From positions 1 to 34,997 of the forward strand of contig RBNJ01000263.1 in assembly GCA_003990765.1 (NCBI GenBank): DNA of 34,997 bases, in the 5' to 3' direction. The translations under genes and the position numbers were made by a program. Source of the stretch: Jimgerdemannia flammicorona. Taxonomy: Eukaryota. The notes beneath the pieces are model-generated. The model saw nothing but the letters and a program-made list of their open reading frames with translations, was not told the DNA's origin and did not search any database. The stretch's first letter is position 1. Each line of letters begins with the position of its first letter. Shown here one piece after another: positions 13,348-24,859 of the stretch.

Positions 13348-15270
13348 ATGGACAGCACTGATCGAACTGGTGAGCATACTGGCCAGGGGGGTGACAGTGC
13401 CTTTGGCTGGCAGCAGGTGGGGAGGAGGGGTGATGGTTTGGGGATACCAGAGGCCTCGAGGGTGAGCAGAGGTACCGGTGGTGGAGGGAGGGGTGGTCTG
13501 AGGCAGAGAGGAGGGGAGAGGTCGACCTTTGCTGACATGGTCAGAATGGGGAAGATGGCTTCTGGGCTTGATGGTTAGCTGGGCCTGGGGAAGGCTTCGA
13601 CGGTTGCTGCTGGAGGACAGGGAGGTATGCCCAGGGGAGCCTCTGGTGGTAGGGTAGGAGCCGGAGTAGGGGCTGGAGATAGGGCTGTGACTGCTGATGG
13701 GGCTGTGACTGGGGATCTGGCAAAAAATCCAGATGTGACGGCAGTTGGCGATTCGGGACTGAGAGGGGGCACGAGGCCCGGGGACCTGGCAGATGGCATG
13801 ACAGGCATGGTGTTGGCCCCATTACTCAAGAAGTTGAGGTCAGAATTCGCAGTCACTATGTGCTTCCGGGGCTTGGTGGTGACGGTGAGGATGATTTTGG
13901 GGTTGGTGGCGCAAGAGGCTAAGGGAGCGGCCTCAGTGAAGTTTTTGAGGGAAAAGGAGGGGGTTGAGGTGGGGTTTGAGGAGGAAGATGCCTTGTTGGC
14001 AGCCATGGAAAAGGGGGTGATGGTTGGCAGGGTTGTGGTTCCTATGGCCCGGTGCATGCGCTGGGACCCCCGGGTGGTGCAGTTGATGGTGTTGGATCTC
14101 CCAACTGTGTTGAAGGAGAGGACCAGGGAGATGGTCGTGGAGGCGATCAAGGAGTATGGCGAGATCGTGGATATTGGGTTCAAGGTCTGGGAGGGCACTG
14201 TGCTTAGGACTGGTGATGTCGATGTCAGGGTGAGGCTGTTTGGAAAGGAGAATACGGGAAGGACAAGGGACTGGCCGGCGACGCTGAGGTGGGGACTAGT
14301 GGAGTGTAAGGTCACGAGGGTGAAGGGGACCCAGGAGGAGGAGGAGGACCTGTTAGAGGCGCTGGAGGATCTGGAAGGGGCGGTGGCAAGGAGGAGATTG
14401 GCCTGGAAGAAGTTTGAGACCAGGACGGTGGTAGGGGAGGTGGATGGGAAGAAGGTCCAGATGGAGAAAGGGGTTTGGGAGAAGATGCAGAGGAGGAAAA
14501 TACAGAAGGAGCTACTGGCGAGGCTGGGTGGAGGTAGGGCCAGTGGAAGCTCGGAAGAAGGAGTTGCAGGGTTGCAGGAGAGCACTTGGGCTGAGGGGGG
14601 TGAAATGGCCCAGGGTGGGGCTCAGATTGGAGAGAGGGTAGAGGAGGAAGGTGTGTTGGCGGTAGATGCTGAAATGAGTGAGGGTGTGTACCCTCAGTAT
14701 AGTGTCCCAGGTGGGGCTGAGGGAGAGGAGGAGCTGATGGATGTGCCGGATGAGGAGTGGGATGAGTCAGTGAGGAGGAGCGCGCTGATGGACCCGGAGG
14801 TGGATGGGGGACGTATCACTCAGGGTGCGGCAGAGGCAGTGGATGAGGAAAAGTGGATGTGGAAGACCCTAGAAGGGGTGGTGGTGGAAGAGCTGGGGGG
14901 TGAAGACTTCTGGATGATGGAGGAGAGGCATTGGGAGGAGATTCTGCAAGGGGAGGAGGTGCCAAGGAAGATGAGGAATGAGATCCTGGCCATTCTCTTG
15001 GAATCTGTTGAATATCAAGTGAATGATCAGCAGGAGAAGGAGCTTCGGAAGATTGCGAGCAACAGGGCACTTTTCTTGTGGAATTTGAGGAAGGGACTGG
15101 AGAAGTGGCACGCAGTCTGCCTAGACTACCGGTCAGATATGGAGGTCGTGGATGGGGTGGAATGCCAGGAAATCTTAGAGGCACTGGATGCTCAGGCTAT
15201 TGTGGAGGGTGACTTGGAGGCAGAACAGTGCTTGGATCTGGCTGGAGATGAGATGAGCATGGAGTACTAG
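13348..15270 (+). pseudogene. LINE ORF1 (~640 codons, one internal TAG at 13576)
   Basis: ORFs 13285-13578 and 13627-15270 share a frame. N-terminal WQQVGRR and TFADMV motifs are typical of L1/Tx1 ORF1; RRM-like middle region and acidic C-terminus. Confidence 0.8.
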
Positions 15271-15301
15271 GTTGGGGTAGTCAATTCAACATTCCTTCAA
15301 T

Positions 15302-18300
15302 ATGAATAGTATAACTAGGATATTCTCATTGAACATTAATGGGTTACGGGGGGCAGCTAGGAGGAAGTACATATTTGGTTAGCTTAAGGGACTAGACGCA
15401 GACTTCTTCTTGTTACAGGATGTTTGATATGAGGTAGATGTGGACTTACAGGATTGGACTAAGGAATGGGGGGGCATGGCAGTATGGAGGGGGAAAGTGT
15501 GTATTTTCATTCGGAAAGGGATGGGGGATATTGTGGACATTGGACATTGGGGGTCTCGCATGATGTGGGGTTTGTGGAAGAGGCCTGGACAGGGCTCATT
15601 GACGGTTGAGTCTTGTTATTGCCCAGCTGAAAGAGGGGAGAGGGTGGATTTGATTTGCCGATTGAAAGAGGCTGGTGTATTGGGAGAAGTTGGCCTGGAT
15701 TGTATGGGGGGTGACTTCAACATAGTACGGGATAAGGAGATGGATAGAACTGATGGTGGGAGAGGTGTGTGTGGCGAAAGTGGTGGACTGGGGGACTGGC
15801 TGGAAATAGAAAGATTGTGCTCTTTAGTGGACTCAGGAAGACACCTTTGGGCCGATCGGTGGGTATACACCCACTGGGCGGCAGGGCTGGGCTCCAGGAT
15901 TGACTGGGTTCTGATGGCGGAGTGTTGGGGAGTGGATGTCTGGTTGGTGCTGGAAGTGATATGGTGTCCGTGGTCTGATCACTGGGGGCTGCTTGGAGGG
16001 GGGAGGTTTGGGGGAAATGAGGATGGGCCTGAACATTGGCGGCTAAATTCCTCTTTGTTGGAAGATAGGGTATTGTGGGAGAGTTGGGAGATGGAGGTGG
16101 TTGGGAATATTAGTCAGTGGCGGGAACAGGGCTTGGGAATTGGAGACCATTGGAGAAGACTGAAGGCAACTGCCCAGAGGTATTGGAGGGAGGCAGGGAA
16201 AGGGAAGTATACTCAGTGAAGACAGAGGGTGCTGTGGGCCTCCCGGCATCTGGCAGCACTTATGGGGAGATGGGCAGGTGTGCTGGAGGATGGGGAGGTG
16301 ACTGATTGGCATATTGTGCGAATCCGACAGGAGGTTGAAGAGCTTAAAGGAGTGTTACGAAAGAAGGAGGAGGTGAAGCTGCAGGGAATAGTGGCCCCCT
16401 TGCAGTGGCAGGGGCTGGAGGAAGGGGAGAGACCTACTAGGTTTTTATCGAGGTTATTACAAGTACGACGAACGAGGCAGCGGTGGGAGGGGGTTCTGGA
16501 CACGAACAGCGAGCTGGTGGTAGAGTCTCCAGTGATTCTGGGCCTATTGCGGAACCGGTGAGAGAATTTGTGGAGTGAGGAAGAAGGAGGGATGGATGCT
16601 ATGGACGTTGAGAGGCAACTGGGGGATTGGCACCCAAACCCTGCGATGGGACTTGGGGCATTAGGGGACCCAGTGTGTGGCGAGGAAATTTGCAGAGTTA
16701 TGGCCTCGACGAGTAAAGAGACCGCCCCAGGAGAGGATGGGCTTCCCTGGGATTTTTGGTAGAAAATGGCTAGAGTCGGTGAGGCGCTAGAGGAGATGAC
16801 TGCTATGTGTGGTGAAGTTCTTCGGTCTGGTGCCTGAATTGGGGGACAGCACTTAGGGCTAGTCTCCTTGCTCTACAAGGATAAGGGGAGGCGTGAGGAC
16901 TGGAAGAACTGGTGGTCTATTATGCTTCTCGACATAGACCACAAACTGGTGACCAAGATCTTGGTGATGAGAATGCAAGGAATTGCTCAGCAGGTGCTTG
17001 GGGTGGAGCAGCATGGTTTTGTTGGTGGTCGGTTGATTCGAGATGGGACAGCTTGGGTTCATGGAGTGATTGAAGGTGCCTGGGCAGCAGGAGTTGATGG
17101 CAGGTTGGTGTTTCTGGACCAGGAGAAGGCTTATGACAGAGTGCGGAGGATATGGCTGGAGGGGGTGCTGAAACGGATTGGTATCCCCCCAGGGTTCCGA
17201 GGATCGCTGATCAGCCTCTTGGAGGACAGTCAGGCGGCGCTGGTTGTTAATGGCCACAGGGGGGTGACCTTCCCCCTGGGACGAGGGGTGCCCCAAGGGG
17301 ATCCCTTGTCACCCATATTGTATGCCCTTTCTCTGGAGCCTCTACTGGACCGAATTTGGTGTTGAATTGGGGGTTTGGACATTCTAGGGATTAATTGGAA
17401 GGTGGGGGCCTTTGCTGATGACATGGTGGTCGGACTGGGCTCCCTGGTGGATGTGGGGGAGTTACAGAGGTCTGTGGAATGGTATGAGAGGGGCTCTGGG
17501 GCTAAGCTGAACTGGCACAAGTGTGAGACTCTAGTGCTAGGTGCTGGAATTGTTGGTGGCGAGGTCATTGGGACAGTGGTACCAGCTGGAGAACCAGTGA
17601 GATATTTGGGAATCTATTTCTCGGTGTTCGGGTCCCTTCTTCCCTGGGTGTGGTGAGATCGTAAATTGTTAGAGTGGGGAAATGTTCTGCTGCGCTGGGG
17701 TGGCTGGCATATGTCCCTAGCTGGAAGGGTAATGGTGCTGAATGTGTATTGGATGCCAAAGCTGTAGTACGTTGGTTATCATTTGGATTTCCCAACCTGG
17801 GTGGTCAAGGGGCTGTTGAAGATGGCGAGGTCATGGATCTGGGGAGGGAGGCGGAGCCAGGTCAGTTGGGAGGTGCTCACACTGCCCTTAGAAAGAGGTG
17901 GGCTAGACTTAGTGGACTTTCCTAAGTGGCTTCTATACCTTAGAGCTTGGTGGTTGAGAAGAGCAAGCGAGCTTCGTGGTTGGGAGTGGGTGCCACTCAT
18001 GCAGCAATTGTGGGAGGTTCAGTACTCCCCACGTGGTAACTCGGGTGATCTGCTCGCAATGGTGGACATGGAGGGGAGCAGGAGGATGCAGTTTACTGGC
18101 TTCTGGTGGGGAGTGGTGGATAGCACGAAGAAGATTGGACTTTGGTGGCGAGGTGATGAAGCCGAGGAGGATTGGGGACCACAGATGTGGTGGTGGGACA
18201 GGTTGTTACTGGGTGGTGTCCTGGTGGAGGACTTTAAGCTTGGCGAGGGTCTGGAGTGTCTGCGAGGCCTAGGTGGAGACCTGTGGCCTGAAGCCTGGCA

Positions 18301-18964
18301 GAGAGTCGGAATTGGTAAGGAGTGGGACTGGAATGGGCTCTGGCTCTGGAGCAAAAGGGTGAGGCAGTGGCTGCCCCCCAAGTTCTGGGTGGTATGGTGG
18401 CATATCCTGTGGAGGAATGTGATATTGAACTATAGGTCTGGGCACTTGGTGGACAGTGGAGATTTCGAGTGTGAGGAGTGTTTCAATGTTGGCCAGGAGG
18501 GAGACATGTTACAAATGCCTGAACATTGGCTTGGTGAGTGTGAGGTGTTGGAAGATTATTGGAGAGGTATTAGGAGCCGGGTGGGGCAGAGTGCTCTGGA
18601 GGGAGAGGGAGGGGGGAGATGGGGAGAGCTCCGCCGGCGGTTGGTGGGGGGAGTTGGGGACGAGTGGCTGACCCTTGGGTGGGCCTTGGCTATATGGGTC
18701 GGGTTAGCTGGACATTGGGTTCATGTCTTTGAGGAAGGGCATCGGGTTGGGGTTGGGGACAAGTTGGCACGTTGGGAATGGTTGCTTTTGGACATTTTGA
18801 ATAGATGGTGGCAGGGTTGGGGGCTGGGTAGAGGGCGCTGCAGGGGGTTGGTGGGGCGCATCTCTCAGAAGAGTGGTGGAAGGATTTGGGTTGTGGGTGG
18901 TCGGGTGGTGCTCGGGCAGGGGGAGATCAAAGGGGTAGGCCTGGGCTCATGGGGCATTGGTTGA
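15302..18964 (+). pseudogene. LINE ORF2: apurinic-like endonuclease, reverse transcriptase, C-terminal zinc finger (~1220 codons, 9 in-frame stops, no frameshift)
   Basis: One frame throughout. Endonuclease: SLNINGL..LLQD, GGDFN, SRIDW, WSDH. RT: APGEDGLP, LDQEKAYDRV, GVPQGDPLSP, FADD, YLGI, SLAGRVMVLN. Zinc finger: CEEC..EHWLGEC. Confidence 0.93.
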
Positions 18965-19043
18965 AGGGGAGAGCGACATTGTATTATTAGTACTATAGAC
19001 TCGATAATAAAGGGCAGTCCAAGTGACTATAAAAAAAAAAAAA

Positions 19044-19062
19044 AAAAGTATACAGGAAATAA
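19044..19062 (+). repeat. Right target-site duplication of LINE-1 copy
   Basis: Identical to 13235-13253; the first four A overlap the poly(A) tail. Confidence 0.93.
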
Positions 19063-20704
19063 AACCCGTCACAAGGCTCAAGAATCCATCATGGGGATGA
19101 AGATAAATCTTGGAGAATTACTCAGAGCTTTCTTTACAAGAATCCAGAAGAGAATGCATGCCACTGAATTCAATGCCACCAACCAAGACATAATAGGTCC
19201 AATGACTTTCATGAATGGGATTCCCCCAAACATTGCTTAGCATGTCTACACCCTAGATATCAGAAGGTCTGAAGAGTAAGTAGATGCAGCCCAAAGATTC
19301 TTTGATGTCAGACAGGGAACTATCTGGAGTAATTATGACAAGAAAGAAGATAAAGAAGACATCCTGGTCAAAGCTCTATAAGGACTCCTTCAAGGACAAG
19401 AAAGATTCAAAGAAAGAAGGCCAGCCAAAGAAGGAAAGAAGGACAGAAGTAAAATCTAAGACCTCAGCTCCAAGTTGGACCAATTGGTTGGACAGATTGA
19501 AAAACTCACCACATGTGAAAATTGGAGCTACCAAGATAACAGAGGATATCCACCACAGAGGAGCCAAGGTTATCCACTAAGAGATAACAGGAATTACCAG
19601 CAAGAAGAAAGAAGATACCCTGTCCAAGATAGAGCCCAAGTCCAATGCTTCTACTGTGGATAATTCAGATACTATACTACTGAATATAATAAAAGAAGTG
19701 ACTGAAGGGACTCAGAATAATCAAACTGAAGGAATGACACTCAGTACAAAAAGACTGAAGCTCATTTTATTGAAGATTTCGAGGAAGCAAGCAACAGTGA
19801 AGACTACAGTAACCTAGACTTATACCCTACCAAGATTACTATCTGAAAAACAGTCTACCCAGTAGAGAAAAGGAAGAGACCCATAGGAAGATCATCCAGG
19901 AATATCAGCAGAAGAATTATCTAAGAAGAAGATGAAGAGCATGAAGAAGAGCAAGTAGAAATACCTCTCTAGACCCCCTCACCTTTTGTCCCTGACACAA
20001 ATAAGTTACTATCAGAGGATGAAGAAATGGAACAAAAAGAATGGGAACCTGCCACCTCAAAGGCCAAAAAAAAGTACACCCTGAAGACTATGCTCAGAGA
20101 TATCTACAATAAAGTCTGACAGAAGATTCAAGAAGCCAAGATAGAAGTTCCTCTCCTGCAGTTCCTATAACTAACACTAGTAGAAGTCTGAAATAAATTA
20201 CTGAGGACCACTGGGTCTAGTACTGACTGAGTTCTCATCCCACAACAAGAGCCAGCCCCCACACCTATTCAGGCTACAAAGAGATATATTAGTACCTACT
20301 TATATGAAGACATTGGGGACAAAAGGCAAAAATCCTCATAGACACCAGAGCAGCCATCTATATCATTGCCAAACAATTTCTGGACACTCTCCAATGGCCC
20401 ATTGATAGACCATCCAACCTTAGCATTATAGTAGCAGATGGAGCCTAAACTCAACCCCTTGGAGAAGTATAAAATATCACCATTTCTCTGAGACACATTC
20501 AGTTCTCCATTTCCAAAGCTGTTGTCACTGAAGCTATCATCTATGACATGATCCTTGGCACCAACTGGATGAAGGAAATAAATGCAGTTGTTGATATCAG
20601 TCAACAGGTACTCAAGTTTGACTACTGAGGCAAGAAGTATAGAGTTAAAGTGACCAGCTATGAGCAATCAAAGAAGAAGAAGAAGGTCACTATTCAGGAG
20701 GAAT
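19063..20704 (+). pseudogene. Gypsy A gag C-terminal part, zinc knuckle and aspartic protease
   Basis: Continues the gag frame after LINE removal (FMNGIPPNIA..). Decayed knuckle CFYCG*FRYYTTEY at 19646-19687; protease ILIDTRAA..YDMILGTNWM at ~20330-20575. Confidence 0.85.
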
Positions 20705-20736
20705 ATACGGTCCTAAACTTTCTACTCTAAGTTTTT

Positions 20737-20864
20737 TGTTATACTGGATAATGCCAGCACTGGTATTCTCATGTAACACTGGATAATACTAGCACTGGTA
20801 TTCTGAGGTGATGCAAAATTGTTCCAGCACTGGCATTTTGATGTGATACTAGATAATACCAGCA
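20737..20864 (+). repeat. 35-bp tandem repeat, ~3.7 copies
   Basis: Units at 20737, 20772, 20807, 20842; consensus ~TGTGATACTGGATAATACCAGCACTGGTATTCTGA. Confidence 0.88.
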
Positions 20865-21208
20865 TCCTGAACCTGTACAACCATCAGTGCCAACCCTGGA
20901 ACTTAGTAGTTTTAGTTATTGGAATTTATATTTAGCTTTATATCTTAGCAACTATTGAATTATATTTTGTATAAATACCCCTCTTATTTCCTCTGAAATA
21001 AAGTCAGTCTTCTTAGTACAATATACACACTTCCTTGCAAGCAATCTAAGAGATAACAAGACAGATAAAGATAAGAAGTTTGAGGACTATAAGACCTTGG
21101 GAAGGCACTCCAATAAGAACTTGCTTATAACAAACTTGAGTTAGTCTAAGAGATACACCTTGAAGAGAATCTGGCATATTTGAAGAACTTAGTGACCACT
21201 ACGTGACA
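20737..21208 (+). mobile_element. Solo-LTR-like segment of a different family (472 bp)
   Basis: Starts TGTTATA (transition-decayed TGTCACG) and ends CGTGACA. Internal gtataaata at ~20969 then AATAAA at ~20997. No similarity seen to the A/B LTRs and no matching TSD. Confidence 0.6.
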
Positions 21209-21850
21209 ATATCTTAGTATAGAATAATATATAGTTTTAAAGAGATGTTTCTTATTAGTTGCTAAGTAGAACTCATTATCTTTACTATAACTTTGTTGAG
21301 AATATAGAGTAGAGAAAAGTAGTAGTATTGTTTATTAATTACTTATATTTTTATATATTGAGTAATATAGCTCAAGGATGATATATATAGTTATATATAA
21401 GCTATAAATTATTAAAATATAATAATTTTAACAGACTAAGAACTTGCATATAGTAAAGTAGTTTATTTATAATCTATATAGTCTTGAAAACAGATATTAT
21501 AATCTATAACTTTAGATAATAGTAACTTAGATATCACTAGATTACTCTGACTAAGTAGAATTTGAAATATTATCTAATTATCTATTATATAATCTATTCT
21601 AGTTTTTATCATTCTTTGTTCTTATAATACTAAATTATTTAGACTATTAATTTAAGTCTTTTTGAATTTCTATAAAATTATAATCTTAATTTTTTATTTT
21701 TTTTAAGAATTTTAATTTTTTTTTTTAATATATTAGTATTATTTTATACTTTCTGAGCCACTAAGAGAAAGTAATCCTAGTGACTAATAAATTCTCTAAT
21801 TGGTAAATTCTCTGATTTATACTCTAGACAAAGCTGAGAAATAAAGTTAA
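21209..21850. other. AT-rich spacer, probably an older decayed repeat
   Basis: Very AT-rich, no CpG seen, no recognisable coding remnants. Confidence 0.45.
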
Positions 21851-21854
21851 ATAG

Positions 21855-23188
21855 TATAATATATCTGACTCAATAGAGGCAAATTACAAGGTTGGGAGTT
21901 GATGTAGTTTGGCTGAGCCCCCAGTTACTTTGTTAAAAGCAACAAAATATTCTTGGTGTTTAGTGATATAATAGTCAAAGCTGGATATCTGCAAGTGATT
22001 TTCTTATTGAGATGGTTCTCTAGGTATAGTAGTAATTTGTATGTTTTTCCTTCTTAGTCAATAGGTAATTTCTATATAGTGCAGTATTCTCTATATGGTG
22101 CAGTGGGTTCCTTATGTAATTTCTGCATGACAATCTCTATGTAGCACAACAATTTCCAAAAGTATATAATTTCTGAATAACTTGATTTGGGTACAGATTC
22201 TCTAAAATGGCTTACTGAGAATTATACTAGCAGTAGATTCTTCTATACCAGGCTCACTGGGAATAAACTAATGACTTGGATAGTGCAGATAGCTCAGATA
22301 ACTTGCATGACATAGATAACTCAGGTAACTTGGATAACTTGGATATTATGGATTCTTTCTAAATTAGCAGAGTTCTTCTGGAAATATTACTCAGGTGGTG
22401 TGGATTCTTGGCAAGTTATGTTAAAGACTGGCTTTGTTTGCATAGAGTTATGTTGTTGGACTGGCTCTACTGCAAAGTTGCATCAGATAGACTGGCTTGT
22501 GGCAAGATTCCTTAAAGAAGGCTCTCTGAGAATGTGGATAACTTGGAAATGGTGGCAAAGTTCTTTCTTGAACTTTGGCAGCAAACTTGGATTCTTTAGG
22601 TATATCTGGCAAGTAAACGAAAAACATAACAAACTCTTCTTTATATCAGAAAGTAGACTGGAGTGAGAATAAGGGGACCAATACTCAATCTTTAGAGACT
22701 TCTTTGGTTTATACTTCAATTTGGACTCTTCTCTTTGTATCAGAAAGTAGACTGGAGTAGAAATGGCAAAGCTCACAATCTTCTAGCAGTCACTATAGAG
22801 CAGGTGTTTCTCCTAAGTATTGCAATCCTTCCTGGATCAAGTGGCTTTTGGCAGGTATATCTCTCAAAGTATAATAGGCAGACTTGTCTTTTACTTTGAA
22901 TTCAGACTGATGTTTGTTCACTATTATCTCTGGGGTATTTTATATATTGTGGTTGCTATCTGGTTGCTATGTGGCTAACTATAGATTTGCTACTTATGGT
23001 AAGTTGTACAGGTTCAGCATAAGTATGCCAATCTGACACAGGTGTGCAGGTCCTGTACAAATATATTTTATCTGATAGTCTGGCTATTTATACAGTTTTC
23101 TACAGCAATGGTTGCTGTGTCTGATTACTAAGCTATGTATTTATGTCATCTGAGTTATAATTCAAGTAGTACATTTTGGTATATCATA
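21855..23188 (-). repeat. 3' LTR of Gypsy copy B (1334 bp)
   Basis: Direct repeat of 30674-32009; termini decayed from TG..CA to TA..TA. Confidence 0.92.
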
Positions 23189-23201
23189 TCAGCCTCCACT
23201 A
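23189..23201 (-). promoter_or_regulatory. Putative polypurine tract
   Basis: TAGTGGAGGCTGA immediately 5' of the 3' LTR; purine-rich but imperfect. Confidence 0.45.
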
Positions 23202-23228
23202 AAAGATGGTCTGTCCTCAGACTGTCCT

Positions 23229-23727
23229 TTAGTCATCATCCCAGTATAGATAGGCATCTTCTGCATCAATTCCCATTCCATCATCTTCATTATCTGTACT
23301 ATAGTTACTCTATTCCAGGAGTTCTTCTTCTTTTTCTGGGAACAGGATTTCGACAGCATTGTTGATGCTCATGTAGGTGACTAGGTTCATTTCTCATACA
23401 TCATACCAGGAGAATTGTGCTTGTATCAGAGCTGTAGGGTTTCATTTATGTCTGCAGCAGTGACATCTCTCCTTGATAGTTCTGCAGTGTTTCTGATATA
23501 TGTTTGTTCCAGGACTGGGAGGTTCTGCAATTGTTTTCTAATTGCATAATGGCCTGAAGTTGATGGACCTGTAACAATCATCTGGCCAGAACAAAATTCT
23601 CTTGATGAATCTGAATTCTCCAGAGAGTATTCCCATTGACCTCCCAGAATTGGGGTAGGAGAATTGGCAGTAATTGAAATGAGCTAAGGATAAGAGTCTG
23701 AAGGCAGTTGTCAACTCTCTGATTCAT
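23229..23727 (-). pseudogene. Possible extra ORF between integrase and the PPT (unknown product)
   Basis: One frame reads ..RLLSLAHFNYCQFSYPNSGRSMGILSGEFRFIKRILFWPDDCYRS..EMNLVTYMSINNAVEILFPEKEEELLE*SNYSTDNEDDGMGIDAEDAYLYWDDD*, with only TAG/TGA interruptions. Start codon is uncertain. Confidence 0.4.
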
Positions 23728-24750
23728 GATGTAGGGAAAGGTATATCTTGAGGCAATTGATGTGTACTGGTATCCTCAGGGTTCATCCATCCATGTCTCT
23801 TAAATAGATACTGATTCCTCTGATATTGTGCACAAGATAAGGTCCTTTCCATTTGGGCTCCAATTTGGTGGCAAAGTTTGTTTCAATTATGCTTCTCCAA
23901 ACTAGTACTTGATCTCCAATCTTGATCTTCTGGTTCTTCTATTTCTGATTGTAGTACTTCTTTTGTCTTTCTTGGGCTTTGGTAATCTGAACTCAGGCCT
24001 GATTATGTAATTGTTCTGCCTTCTTGAGGAGGTCTCCAAGATTCTCATGGTCAGTAGTTCTGGTTTTCTTGGCAAATATTATTTTGAATAGCTTTTGTTT
24101 GGTGGAGATAGTAGGGGTGTTCTAAATTTCCCATAGAATCTCAGGTAAGCAGAGGTCTCAGTTGGTAGGATTGACTCAGACAAGTTCTTTCTTGATAGTC
24201 TGGTTCATTCTTTCTATCATGCCATTGATCTGGAGGTAGTATGATGTGGTTCATTTGAGGTTGATCTTGTAAATTTGGGCATAATTTGTGATTACATTGT
24301 TGATGAATTCTGTGCCTCAGTCAGAGATGAGTTCTTCTGGAGATCTATATCTAAGTGTGAGTTCATGGAGAAGACCTACAATGGTCAAGATATCTGCAAT
24401 TTCCATTGAGAAAGTCTCAGGCCACTTGATCAGATATTCCATAAATACAAGAATGTACTTATTTCTTCTTGGTGTAACTGGTAGAAGTCCAATTACATCT
24501 ACTCCCCATCTCTGAAAGATGTTGTCTGGTAGTGTGATTAGTTGCAGTGGTGCTTGGTAATTCTTTCTTTCTTGATACTTCTGACAGGTATCACATTTTT
24601 TGAGTATATCTCAGACTTGTGTTCTGAGATTGGGCCAATGTTGGTGTATTGTTTGCAACTTTTCTTCTATGTTTACTTGTCCTTAGTTGGCTTTCTGATG
24701 TTCTTTTTGAATGAGATCTTCTTGTGCCTTGATGGTCTGAGAAGCTTCTT
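23711..24750 (-). pseudogene. Gypsy B integrase (Zn-binding, DDE core, GPY/F domain)
   Basis: WPNLRTQV*DILKKCDTCQK; FQRWGVDVIGLLPVTPRRNKYILV; ELISD*GTEF; GMIERMNQTIK; KIGDQVLV..KLEPKWKGPY; frame ends HHESES* at 23711. No chromodomain recognised. Confidence 0.9.
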
Positions 24751-24859
24751 TTAGGGTATAGTTCTTTGAGACACCCTTCTTCTGGTTTATTGGGGCTGGT
24801 GGAAAAGTACATCAATATTGCTATGAGCTTTCTCTGCTTTATGGATGATAGTGATTTTG

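Larger units (their letters stand above)
13254..19047 (+). mobile_element. Full-length L1/Tx1-type non-LTR retrotransposon (LINE copy 1)
   Basis: Short 5'UTR, ORF1, ORF2 (APE-RT-zinc finger), AATAAA at 19006, poly(A) 19031-19047 and a 19-bp TSD. Confidence 0.95.
11008..20704 (+). mobile_element. Ty3/Gypsy LTR retrotransposon copy A, 3'-truncated after the protease and interrupted by a LINE
   Basis: 5' LTR, PBS, gag (LPTFAGYPEEDPREFLDRIE), decayed zinc knuckle and protease, colinear with the reverse complement of ~28215-32009. No RT, integrase or 3' LTR follows. Confidence 0.9.

Noticed and set aside
13575..14585. 336-aa antisense ORF in LINE ORF1
   Set aside because: Expected by-product of the C-rich antisense strand; no motifs.
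17363..17767. Stops shared by both LINE copies as evidence of an alternative genetic code or RNA editing
   Set aside because: Other stops differ between copies and map to TGG or CGA codons; recurrent transition hotspots are a simpler explanation.
20737..20864. 35-bp periodic repeat as a CRISPR array
   Set aside because: Units are contiguous with no unique spacers, there are no cas genes, and the context is a eukaryotic LTR.
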